From contig CAVVUS010000023.1 in the NCBI GenBank assembly GCA_963751345.1, positions 160,001 through 224,000 on the forward strand: a stretch of DNA of 64,000 bases. Reading direction: 5' to 3'. Positions 10,670-21,116 of the stretch are shown in pieces. A program made the position numbers and the translations under genes. The first letter of the stretch is position 1; each line of letters begins with the position of its first letter. The notes beneath the pieces were generated by a model, which worked only from the letters and a program-made list of their open reading frames with translations, was not told the DNA's origin and ran no database searches. The stretch comes from an uncultured Chloroflexia bacterium (lineage in GTDB: Bacteria; Chloroflexota; Anaerolineae; B4-G1; SLSP01).

Positions 10670-13428
10670 CTAGCCTTTCTCCTCCTCCACGATCCGCGCG
10701 CCGATCCGGCGCACGGTCTCCTTGATGGTCTGCTCCAGCGTGCGCGCAGGGATGCCTTCGGCGCTGGTCACGTCGATCTCCAGCGTGAAGGTGAGGTCGC
10801 CGTCGACGAGGGCGCTGAGAGGCAGGAAGATGCCGCGGTCGACGTCGGCGATCTTGCTCGCCGCCACGCCGGCAATGGCGAGTCGCACGCGGTGGTAGGT
10901 GGTTTGAGGCGGTGTGCGCTCCGACCCTGGGCCGGGCGCAAGGCCGCCTCGATCCGGTCCGCTGACGCTGTCGGTCTTGGCTATGTCAGCCGCGGCCCTG
11001 GCTGCCTTCGGCGCGACCGTGATGGCGCCGGTCGCCGTCGCGACCTGGGTGCCTTGGTCGGCGGCTTGCTGTGCCGCCGACGCAGCTTCCAGCGTCTCTG
11101 CCCGCTCGCGCGTGAGTACCACTTGAGTCTGTGAGAAGTCGATCGCGGTCAGCGCCAGTGGCACGCCGAAACGAAGACTCCACGGGTCTGGGCTGCCGTC
11201 TTTCAGCTCCGCCAGGCCCAGCGCGCCGTCCTGCACGCCAAGCTGGATGGCCCGGGCCAGCACGCCTTCGGAGGCCGGAAGTGGGAGCTGCGGGTTCTTG
11301 TAGAACTGGTCCAGCACCACCGACGTCGCTATTTGGTCGGTGCCGGCCAGCAGGCGGCTGGCCAGGATTGGATAGTGGAGTTGTTCTACGATCACGCCGT
11401 AGTCCATCGAGGTCAGCTCGCGCCAGTACCAGCCGGTCAGCGTCTCCCTGCCCGCTACCGGCGTGCCGAGGTCGATCTCGCGGTGGCCCGCAGGACTGGC
11501 CACGCGCAAACGATGGTACATCCGCCGGACGCTACGGGAGAAGTCGCGCGTGACCGTCTGTTTGCGCCGCTGGACCTCGGCGAGACGGTCTTCAGGCAGC
11601 GAGCGGCGCGGCCTTGATCTCGTCGTCAATCTCTTCCAGGGCCAGGACCGTCTTGACATCCTCTCTGAACTGGGCGAAGGCGGCGGCGTCGGCCAGGGCG
11701 AAGATCAGCGTGTTCTTGTACTCACGGAAGGTAGTCCCCTTGCGTGCCAGCCACGCCTCGATGATGCTCTCGGGTTGCTCCGGGTGCATCACCACCAGCT
11801 TGAGCGCGCGGTTGTCGGGGATGCCATAGCCCGCGGCGGGCCAAAGGTAGGTATTCAGCTTATTCCGGAGTTCTGCTCGACGATGGCCCGCATGCGCTCC
11901 TCGTACCGCTGGTCATAGAGCTCTCGCTTGTCAAGGATTATGCGGTTGAGATTGGGGATGCGCGAGAAGTAGTAGCGCCTGCCTCGGCATTCAAGTACCA
12001 GAGGGTGTCGGCGAGGCGATGTAGCACTCCGTGACCAGCGCCGGGATCGTATCGTTGCGCAACACGGCAAGCTTCACGTAGGGCAACGTGTCGCCTCGCG
12101 TTGTTTCGTCGGCGCTGAAGGAGTAGACGAAGATGGCGGTGGCGATCCGCTGCGCCAGTTGCGACCATCTGGGGTTTGCGGCATCCAGCGCCTGTGATGT
12201 GGCCTGTGGCCCGCGATGTCCGAGGATCACGCGCTCGCCCTCGCTGCCGGCGTGGCGCAGGAACGCCTGACATACTTGCGGGTGGTCAAGTTCAGGTCAC
12301 CGGGCAAGATCATATCGAGGTTGGTTTCGCGATGGTAGAGATCCTCGACGACATTGGCCAGTATTCGCAGCACGCCGAGGGTGCCCTGGAACGAAGGGAA
12401 GGTCGACCACTTCTCGCTGAGCGTGTCGATGACGTCGGGGTGGAAGGGGTAGGCCCGCTCCATCCTGTCGCGCCAGGCCACACCGCGGGCCTTGGCGGGC
12501 AAGTCGTCACGGTAGTGCTGATAGGTTTGGAGGTAGGCATGGATGACCTGGCGCATCTCGGCGACGTCAAGCTGCTCTGCCTCGAAGAGCCTGCGGCGGA
12601 TGACGGCGTAGACCTCATCGCCCTGCACCGGCGTTCGATCGACTCGACACGCCCGAAGATCTTGTCAAGCCGCGCCAGCGACGCTTCCTGCTGCTCACCG
12701 AAGTCCTCCAGGTAGCTGGACGGCAGCGCCACGACCATCATGCCGAAGGGCAAGGTCGCGACGGCCTCGGTCAGCTCCTGAAAGAAAGAGAAGGTCTGTG
12801 TGCTCAGGGCGACATCACTCCGGTCGCGCACGTCCTGGGCGCGGTTGATGTACTCCAGGACTTCGTCGAAGAGCAGGATGCAGGGCTGGTGCGCTTCCAG
12901 GAAGGCGCGCAGGGCGGCCTTGCCCGGCGAGACGCGCGCCTCGTCATTCCGGCGGAAGGTCTCGTAGCCCTCGGGTCCGCCGATCTGGAAGGCGATCTCG
13001 CCCCAGAAGGTGTGGCGCGTGAGCCCTGGGTCGTGAGACCCTCCAGCGGGTTCCAGTGGTTCCCGGCGATCACGCTCATTCGAGGTCGCGGAAGATCCAT
13101 CCCGGGCGGGAGCAGTTCGCGGATGTCGGCACTGTGTTGGAGATAGTGGTAGAGCGCGACGAGGCTGTTGGTTTTGCCGCCGCCAGACGGGGTCCGGATC
13201 TCGATCACCGAGCCTCCTGGCCCTGGACCAGCTTCAGGTTGACGCGCTCAAGCAGATGGCGCAGCCCATCGGTTAGGTAGGTCTGCTTGAAGAAGAGGCA
13301 GGGATCGTTATAGTCCGCCGGGGCCACGCCGCGGCCACATCGCCGAGGTCGGCGGCGAAGACCGCCTCGCCGAACTGTCCCTTGCGGATATCCTCGCGGG
13401 GTGGGATGATGTCGAACCAGTTCTTCAT
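10670..13428 (-). CDS. DUF499-family AAA+ ATPase, broken by about 8 or more frameshifts (degraded gene or error-rich consensus)
   Basis: Stitched fragments: MKNWFDIIPPREDIRKG..FAADLGDV, YNDPCLFFKQTYLTDGL, TPSGGGKTNSLVALYH, LFDEVLEY, YAVIRRRLFE, AYPFHPDVID, FQGTLGVLRILA, YYFSRIPNLN, YKNTLIFAL; GGAGG RBS. Confidence 0.8.
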
Positions 13429-13795
13429 AGGACCTCCGGCTGCTCTCGTACGACCCGCAGATGAGCGCGCACTGCGGCTGAATCCAGGTCGAACTCACGT
13501 CGATCTCGCGCCGCCGCCGGCACAGGGACAACTCCATTCGCCTCCTTACCTTAGCGATGCTGGGGCGCAAGTCAAGCCTGGCTTATCCCAGGAGACCGGT
13601 TTGTAGGACTTGCCCTGAGTGGGGCGGGGTGTCATGCGAAGTTGCTCGCGATGAGCATGTAGAAGCCCATCAAGGTACAGGCCATAGGCGCGAAGTGGGC
13701 CAGAGTATACGCCACTTCCAAGCGACACGAGGGTCACCTTACGTTACGAAGCTCGCCGCGTCGGCTCGGTGGGCCGCCTGCCGGACGATTCGCTG

Positions 13796-15826
13796 TCACC
13801 CACGGTCTACGTCGACCAGTCCCTGTGCTGCGAGCTGCTGGAGTGATGGGGGCAGCTCTCCCGTCACCGTCAGGATCAGGCGCTGCCCGGCCCGCGTGAA
13901 GGCCATGTAGAGTTGGCGGGTGTGCGCCTCCACCAGCTCGGCGCGGTATCTTCGTCCAAACGTAGGCCGTACTCCGCCTCGAAGAGCTCCTGGAGTCCAT
14001 GGCGAAGACGACCGGGCTCTCCGGGCCTGTGCCCGCGTTGAGGGTGGTACCCGGATGAAGTAGCCGGGAGGTTCGTCCTTGGGATCGCGCGCGGCTTGAC
14101 CGGAGTTTCTCGTTGAGGGCTTCCACCATTGCACCGCGGCCCGGGCACTGCTGTGCAGGATCAGGACGTGGCGGCGAGGCAGCCCGCGGGCGACTGCGGC
14201 CTCGATCTGCTTGACCACTTCGGCGCGCTCGTCCTGCGGTGCACCGAACTTCAAACAGACCGGCGCCGGCCCGGCGGGCATACCGCCGAGGTCGGCCTCG
14301 ACACGTCGGGGTATTTTCCGGCAGCCGGAGCCGGTAGAAGGCCAGGGCCAGGGCCATGATGGCACGCGTGGTACGGTAGCTGCGGCGCAGGACGTGCGAC
14401 CGGCCCCGCATGTCGACGCCCGCCACCGATCGCCACGACGCCCCTCGTCGAAGGAATCCCTGGGTGGGATCCGCTGCCAGCATGAGATAGCCGACCTCCG
14501 GGGTGACCATCGCGCGGACGACGTCGAACCAGACGGGGGCGAAGAACTGCGCTTCGTCGACCAGCACCACGTCATAGTGGGGTGGGGCGATACGACCTTC
14601 CTGCAGCCAATGCCAATAGCGGCGCGGCACGTCCCACCAATCGATCATGCCCAGCCGACCGAGCCGGTGCTGATAGGCCTGCATCGCCTCAAAGAGGGTT
14701 TCACGCTGCTGCTGCGTCAGCCGGAACCCTCGCCCTGACGGCCGGCCTCCATATAGTCCTCGTGTCGGGCGATGCCGAGGTCCTTGACCCAACCCAGCTC
14801 GCCCTGCAGCATGCGCAAGCTGACGCCGGACCCGCGCAGGTGCTCCGCCCAGATGGCCCGCACCAGCCGCGCGCGCCGGTAGTCGGGCAGAACCTCGAAG
14901 GCCTCGTCCTTCGGCCACTGGCGCCGGCACCAGCGCATGAACGTGTTCCAGCCGACAGCACTCACTCCCGCCCCGTTGAGCTGGGCATAGCGGGCGCGCA
15001 TGTCGTGGATCAAGGGGCGATTGTGGGTCAGCACCTGATAGGCCTTGCGAGGGAATCTCGATTGGAGCAGTCGCAACCGGTAGAGCAGGATAAGTGTCTT
15101 GCCGCTGCCTGCGACGCCGTTGATGAGCTGGATGCTGAAGTCGCGGGAGAGTTGGCTGCCCTCAGCAACGAGATCGAGGTCGCTCTTTAGGACGGCCTCC
15201 TGTTCGTAGTCGAGGAGGTAGTCAGCCAGGGCGGGGGCCGTCCGGTGGCGGCGCGGGCGCGCCCGCGCGACGAATGCGGCGGGCACGATGACCTCGGGCG
15301 AGAACTCGCTGCGGAGGATGTGGAGGTCATCCTCACCGGGGGGTGCCGGCGGGAGAAGCTCCTCCCACGCTTCGACACCACGCCCCAGCACCCATTCGCG
15401 GTCGAGCCAGGCATACGCCGGCGTCGTTCCCGAGGCCTCTATCGTGCGGATGTCACGCCGCGTCAAGTTGGGAAAAAGGACGGCGGCACCGATCACGCCC
15501 GGACTGACGCCTTCCCGGCGGGTCACCCTGAGGAATGCCGTCAACGTCTGCTCCTCGGCCTCACCGGGCACCGGGCTCTCTTCGTCGAAGGTCAGCAACT
15601 GAAGCTGCGGCGCCTGCCGGGCGTGCTCCGGCGTCGCGCGGCTGACCTTCAGGACGAGGACGCCGCGGTCGGGGGCCAGGATGAGGAAATCGGGGGCATC
15701 CTCCTCCCACGGGGCGACGTGGAACCAGACGCGCCAGCTCTCGGGCAGGGCCTTGAGCGCGTGGAAGGCCCGCGCCACCTCCGACGCCACGCTTGAACCC
15801 GGTCTCTCGGGGATGATCTGGGCCAT
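13796..15826 (-). CDS. NERD-like domain fused to a UvrD-like SF1A helicase (several frameshifts)
   Basis: N-terminal MAQIIP..PDFLILAPDRGVLVLKV; INGVAGSGKT; VVLVDEAQFF; ADPTQGF; SYRTT; LYMAFTRA. Confidence 0.8.
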
Positions 15827-15851
15827 TGATCCGTGCGCCGCCCGATGGCGG

Positions 15852-17750
15852 CTACCCGAGTCCTTTGCCGGGCCGAGAGGCCCCACGAAGCTGGTCCACG
15901 TGTTCATTGTGACCGCCGTTGGGACTCGCGGACGTCGACGAAGCATCTGGGAGCTGAGATTGCGGATTGGCAGACACGATCGTACACCGGTTGATCAGAT
16001 CCCGGAAGAGCGCCACGTTATCGACCAACGCTGGGTCCTGGGGCTGTGCGCGAAGTACGCTGCTGCTGCCGACAAGGATGAGCTTGGTCCGCGGGCGCGT
16101 GATGGTGACGTTGAGGCGCTGCGGCTGGAAGTAGAAGTCGGCGAGTTCCGCGGCGAAGGCTGGGCTTGAGGTCGTCAGCGAGACCAGGATCACCTCGCGC
16201 TCCTGGCCCTGCATGCGCTCCACGGTGTCGATGACGATGGATCGACGCCTGTCAGGGTCGGGCAGCGCCCGGCGCAACAGGTTGCGGATCTCGCGGCCCT
16301 GCGCGCGGTAGGGTGTCACGACGCCGATCTCATCTGCAGGAACGCCCTCGGTCAGAAGCGCCACAATGAGGTCCACGACGACGTCGGCCTCGCGGCGACT
16401 GCGGATGGTGGTATTGGTGCCGAAGAGCTCGACGAAGATGGCGGGCTCTTCGGGGGCGAGGGCGGCGCTCCAACGTCCGATGTACCGGCCGTTGAGACTC
16501 AGACGGCGCTCGCCGATGCCGGGGGCAGGGCGGAGCTCTCCTTCGTAAAAGGTACGGCTTGGCCATGCCGTGAGGGCATCGTTCATACGGTAGGTTTCGG
16601 TGAGCATTGTGCTGTACCCTCCGCGGGCGAGGTAGGCGAAGACCGACGTGTGGGCGAGCTCGTGGTCGCGGGGCATGGCGGTCACCGGGGGTAACTGGCG
16701 ATCGTCGCCGATGAAGATGAAGCGCTTGCCCGACAGCATCCCGAGCACCGCCAGTGGCAACGTAATCTGCGAGGCCTCATCGAAGATCACTGTGTCGAAC
16801 TCTACGTCGCTCAGGCGCGAGGTCCGGGTGGCAAAGGGCGTCGCGCCCACGACGTAGCCGCCGCGCAGCCGACCAAAGCCGGCGTCTGCGAAGCTCTCGA
16901 AGTTGTCGACCCGAAGGTCGTCGGCGCGGGAGGGGTGGCCGATCTTGCATGTCGGCACGGCCGTCAGTTCCGCGGAACCGGCGAGATCCGCCACTTTGTT
17001 GAGGGCGTTGTTGATGGCACGGTGGGTGAGCGCGGTGACGAGCACGCGGTCGCCCTCCGCGGCGAGCAGCCGCGCGAGGTGGGCGAGTACGAAGGTCTTG
17101 CCGGTGCCCGGCGGTCCCTGGATCAGATGGGCCAGGTCAGTGGCGTAGGCGCTTGCGACGCCGACGGCTTGTTGCTCATTGAGCCCGGCATCGACCGCGG
17201 CCATCCAGGCACGCTCGAACGCGGCCAGGTCGATGGAGGGCAATACCGCCCCGAGAATCAGCGGCAGGATGATCTGGCGGCCTGTTTGGCGGTCGGCGAC
17301 CTCGGCCAGGGCGTCCAGGTAGAAGCCGCTCAGGTCGAAGTATCCCTCGTCGGCGATCCAGCCGTCGCGTTCGTCGACCAGCCGGTGGACGGGTCCGGCC
17401 CGCGGGCTGATCTCGACCGTGGTTTCTTCGTCGTACTCCAAGACGGCTTCGATCCATCCGCCGGGGTCGCGATCGCCCCGCAGCGGCCCGTCGGCCCATT
17501 CGTCCGCTTGATGGAGGAAGAGGTAGTCCCCCTCGCGGAACTTGGAGTCGTTGCGATCGCAGTGCAGGACGACGCGGCCCGTCCTGGGGTTGATCCCTGT
17601 CACGCGAAGCCCCTCGAGGGCCTTGCCCGCGCGGACACGGTCTCCCAAGGGCTGGGCCCACTGGGCCTCATAGATCTCCCGTTGGGCCTGTGCCTCGTCA
17701 CGTATCAGCGACTCCAGCCGCTGGAGCAGTTGGGCAGCACGATCGGACAT
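15852..17750 (-). CDS. SF1B helicase, Upf1/Dna2/IGHMBP2-like (AAA_11/AAA_12)
   Basis: LIQGPPGTGKT, THRAINN, VIFDEASQ, IGDDRQLPP, TYRM, GVVTPYRAQ, TVERMQGQE, RLNVTITR. Confidence 0.9.
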   Translation of the reverse strand: MSDRAAQLLQRLESLIRDEAQAQREIYEAQWAQPLGDRVRAGKALEGLRVTGINPRTGRVVLHCDRNDSKFREGDYLFLHQADEWADGPLRGDRDPGGWIEAVLEYDEETTVEISPRAGPVHRLVDERDGWIADEGYFDLSGFYLDALAEVADRQTGRQIILPLILGAVLPSIDLAAFERAWMAAVDAGLNEQQAVGVASAYATDLAHLIQGPPGTGKTFVLAHLARLLAAEGDRVLVTALTHRAINNALNKVADLAGSAELTAVPTCKIGHPSRADDLRVDNFESFADAGFGRLRGGYVVGATPFATRTSRLSDVEFDTVIFDEASQITLPLAVLGMLSGKRFIFIGDDRQLPPVTAMPRDHELAHTSVFAYLARGGYSTMLTETYRMNDALTAWPSRTFYEGELRPAPGIGERRLSLNGRYIGRWSAALAPEEPAIFVELFGTNTTIRSRREADVVVDLIVALLTEGVPADEIGVVTPYRAQGREIRNLLRRALPDPDRRRSIVIDTVERMQGQEREVILVSLTTSSPAFAAELADFYFQPQRLNVTITRPRTKLILVGSSSVLRAQPQDPALVDNVALFRDLINRCTIVSANPQSQLPDASSTSASPNGGHNEHVDQLRGASRPGKGLG

Positions 17751-17831
17751 ACCCCTATTCTACACGATGATGGCGGCTCCGGCTGCATTTTGATGCGCGC
17801 TGCGGATGCGGACACCTACAGCGCCGCGACG

Positions 17832-18236
17832 ATGGGTGTGGGGCTGGGGGAGATCACGGGTACCTGGGTCGGGACGCTGACGATTCCGAACGTGGCAGAG
17901 TTGCGGATGGGGATCACGTTGGTACGCGGGCCGGAGGGAGCGCTGGAGGCTTTGCTGCGGATCATCGATCAGGCTACCCAGACTATCAACGGCGACCGCG
18001 ATATGCAGAATGCGCCGAAGATGAACCTGCTCCCTATCGAGACGGCGCTTCGGGAGAGCAGACACCCCGATTTCGAGGTGCGAGAGCTGCCGGGTCTCAA
18101 CCATCTCTTCCAGCACGCGGAGACCGGGCTGGAGCACGAGTACGCGCGCATCGAGGAGACGATGGCGCCGGAGATGCCGGCGCTCATCGCCGATTGGATC
18201 CTGGCGAAGTTGGCTGCGTTCGATGGAATCCAGTAA
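17832..18236 (+). pseudogene. Internally deleted alpha/beta hydrolase remnant
   Basis: N-terminal ITGTWVGTL..LRM..DQ joined directly to C-terminal NGDRDMQ..ELPGLNHLFQHAETG..EYARIEETM; no GxSxG nucleophile region. Confidence 0.6.
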
Positions 18237-18260
18237 TCAGTTCGCTTGGATCCTGGAAGT

Positions 18261-18563
18261 TGTCATCCCGAACGGGCCTCCACCGCGTGGAGGAATGACA
18301 CGCTGTCTGTAGTGAGGATGGTAGCTTGGAACTGCAGCACTGAGATGCTTCACTTCGTTCAGCATGACGGCGTAGCGGGCAATAGTGGCATGGACCGCGT
18401 GTCAGCCGCCCGGCGGGGATCAGCCTGACGCGCTGCCTGTAGTGAGGATGGTGGCTTGGAACTGCAGCACTGAGATGCTTCACTTCGTTCAGCATGACAG
18501 CGTAGCGGGCAATATTGGCATGAACCGCGTGTCTGCCGCGCGGCGGCCGGGATCAGAGTGACA
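18261..18563. repeat. Two tandem ~130-bp direct repeats preceded by a TGTCAT..ATGACA palindromic element
   Basis: Units 18301-18430 and 18431-18563 are near-identical, each with GAGATGCTTCACTTCGTTCAGCATGAC; 18261-18300 is TGTCATCCCG..GGAATGACA. Confidence 0.9.
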
Positions 18564-18599
18564 GCCACAGCCTTCAGCTGAATTGACCCCCAGAACCCC

Positions 18600-19796
18600 T
18601 CAGAGGCCGTAGGCGTCTGCCAACTCCAGCTCTTCTTCCTCGACGCGCTTGATGAAGATGTCCTCGAACTGCAGCCCTGCGGCCTTGAGAATGCCAAAGA
18701 AGCGCTGGAGGTTGAGGTCGGCTGCGGGCGAAGCCAGAAGCACCTTGCCGTGGGCGAGAAAGATGAGCTGGCCTGCGTAACGGTCGACGAAGCTTCCGCG
18801 CTCTGAGAAGTACCACTGTGCGCTCTCGCAGAGATCACGCCGCTGGCGCAGCGCCGTGGCGTGGGTCTCCGGTTCCGTCGCGCCCTCGATGGTATAGGGT
18901 CTGCGGCCCGCAGGTAGGGCCCCGTCTACGTCGATCGCATCTGCCGCGATGGGTCCGAGTCCGTGGGCCGCCGCGACCTTGAGATGGTTATCGGCGCGCA
19001 GGAAGGGCGCCGTACCATAGTCCGCCTCGGGATCGACGCCCATGAATCGAGAGGCAACGGCATCGGTGGCGACCGCGTTGTCGCCCCCGATAAGGATCGA
19101 CGAGGTGACCGGGTCGCCGACCCACATATGGTAGTTGCTGCCGACGATGCCGTCGATCAGCGCGATGGCGGGCGGGAGCACGCGACCGAGGTCGGTCAGA
19201 ACACGGGGCAGGCGAATGAGTGAATGGAGCGCCACCCGAGGTGAGCCGTAGACCGACCCGGGCGGGGTCCCGAAGAGATTCTTCAGTGTGAGCGTGACGC
19301 CGCAGATGGCGTGCGCCTTCATCTTGGCCAGCGAGATCACGAGATCGACGTCGTGGAGGAAGGCGGGCAGATGATATGCGCGGAACATCGCCGGGTCGGG
19401 CACGTCGAAACGGGAGACCGGCTCGCGGTGCAGGTTGACGAGGCGGAAGCCGGCCCGTTCGGCGACGGCCATGTGGCCGCGCTCGCGGGCGGCATCGAGC
19501 GTCGGAATGCCATCGGTGCCATCACCGACGATGACATCGGCGGTGGTGTGGTCGCGCAGAAAGTCTGCAAGACCCTCGAAGACCTGGGGATCGACGTAGG
19601 CGACGGGACGGCCAAGGTAGGTGCCCAGGCCGGGAATGCCGATGTTGAGCTTGATGAAGATGCGGCGGGCCTGGCTGAGGCGGGTGGCGGTCTGTGGCGA
19701 GTGCGCCACGAGCGCCGTGAGCAGGTCGACGACGCGTGCAGCAGTGTCGGGCGCGTCCGGCGCGCAGGGCCTCAGGACGACGGTGGGGGCTGGCAT
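18600..19796 (-). CDS. DUF362 domain protein
   Basis: IFIKLNI, VISLAKMKAHAICGVTLTLKNLFG, LIDGIVG, AVATDAVASRFMG. Confidence 0.8.
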   Translation of the reverse strand: MPAPTVVLRPCAPDAPDTAARVVDLLTALVAHSPQTATRLSQARRIFIKLNIGIPGLGTYLGRPVAYVDPQVFEGLADFLRDHTTADVIVGDGTDGIPTLDAARERGHMAVAERAGFRLVNLHREPVSRFDVPDPAMFRAYHLPAFLHDVDLVISLAKMKAHAICGVTLTLKNLFGTPPGSVYGSPRVALHSLIRLPRVLTDLGRVLPPAIALIDGIVGSNYHMWVGDPVTSSILIGGDNAVATDAVASRFMGVDPEADYGTAPFLRADNHLKVAAAHGLGPIAADAIDVDGALPAGRRPYTIEGATEPETHATALRQRRDLCESAQWYFSERGSFVDRYAGQLIFLAHGKVLLASPAADLNLQRFFGILKAAGLQFEDIFIKRVEEEELELADAYGL

Positions 19797-19867
19797 TGGG
19801 GGCCTCCTTGTGTTTTCGGGAAACCTTGTGAATGTTTCCGAAACCTTCGCCAGATTGTCGCTCCGCG

Positions 19868-20966
19868 TTACTGACGAATCGGCGTCTCCAGCGTGGCAGC
19901 AAAGACGCCGGGTTCCCAGCGCAGGACGAGGTCGCGCGGTGCACGACCTTTGTCAGGCAGCACCGTGGTCCACCAGCCCTCGCAGGGCTCGTCCGGTCTC
20001 GCAGTGCAGAGGCTGAACGCGGGGTCCTTGCGCTCCAGGATCAGGAGCGCGTGGGCGTCGCCTTTGCCATCGATTACGCTAATGTCCAACGGGTTGAAGG
20101 TGATGCTGCCCTCACCTATTGCCTCTGCGACGATGTATAGGGAGAGGTAGATCTCGCCCTTGTCCACCTCGAAGTCCCCCAGGACCTCATCCCAGGCCAG
20201 CTCCCGGACGCCGAGTCGGCTATCGCCGTTGACGAGCCACGCGCTGGCTCCGGCGTCGGAGGGCTCGGGGCTTGCCGGGGGCTGAGTGCGAGGAGGTGCC
20301 GTGGGGCGGTCGCGCAGGGGCGGCACCGGTGGTGGCCGTGGCGGCTGCGGAAGGCGTAATACCTCCAGACGGCGTGGCGCCCGACACGATCTGCACGTAG
20401 AGCACAGGGCCGAAGCAGGTGCCCTCACCGACGCAGAGCTGCCAGTTGCCCCGGTACATCCCGGGCTCCGTGGGTGCGGCCAGGTTGACCGAGAGTTCAG
20501 CGACCTCGCCGGGTGCCGCAGCCGGGATGGGGACGGTGGCCGGGCCACCCATCTGGGCGCCCTCGATGAAGCGCAGGGCATAGCCCTCTACCCAGGGGCA
20601 GGTCCCGCTGTTGCGCACGCGCCAGACCTTGAGGAAGGTCTCCCCAGGAGCCACGGCCGTGTTGTCCGGGATCGTCACGTCGGCCACATATTCGGCGTCG
20701 GGCTCACAGCCGGACGTGCCGACGGTGGGCGAAGGTGTGGCAAAGATCGCCATAGAGGTCTCGTCCACGACGGGCGTCAGGGTCGTCCACGGAATGGTGG
20801 GGCCTGCATTCCCGCCGGGGAAGACCACTCGGAAGAGAAGATAGGCGACGAAGAGACAGGCGACCAGGGCGATGGCAGTGGCGGCGATTAGCCAGCCCAG
20901 GCGTCTGTTGGGGGTCTCGGGTTCACCGGTCACTTCGGATTGGCTGGAGTCTGGGTCGAGCGTCAT
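19868..20966 (-). CDS. Membrane-anchored NBR1-Ig-like domain protein with C-terminal Ig/DUF4352-like domain (frameshift near 20300)
   Basis: TM helix, then YVADVTIPDNTAVAPGETFLKVWRVRNSGTCPW..APTEPGMYRGNWQL; Pro/Thr-rich linker. Confidence 0.75.
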
Positions 20967-21116
20967 TATGTATTCCCCTTGTCCTTACGCACCCCATCAT
21001 TATACCCTAACCTCGTGCGGGTTTCCCGTGCATTCTGTGGCCGGTCGCGTATACTCCTCACCAATGTCGATCCATCGTGATCTGCACCAACCGGCGGGTA
21101 GTGCCGGGAGATACCC

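Noticed and set aside
13546-13737. 63-aa ORF between the helicase and DUF499 as a fourth component
   Set aside because: No RBS or recognisable motif, and it overlaps the probable DUF499 promoter; cannot be supported
16935-18236. 433-aa plus-strand protein
   Set aside because: The first ~270 codons are antisense to the helicase; only the 3' part is a real hydrolase remnant
18301-18563. CRISPR array
   Set aside because: Only two 130-bp units, similar along their whole length; no unique spacers and no cas genes
10323-18600. Prophage or integrative element carrying the helicase block
   Set aside because: No integrase, transposase, tRNA target, att repeats or phage genes seen, and no obvious GC shift
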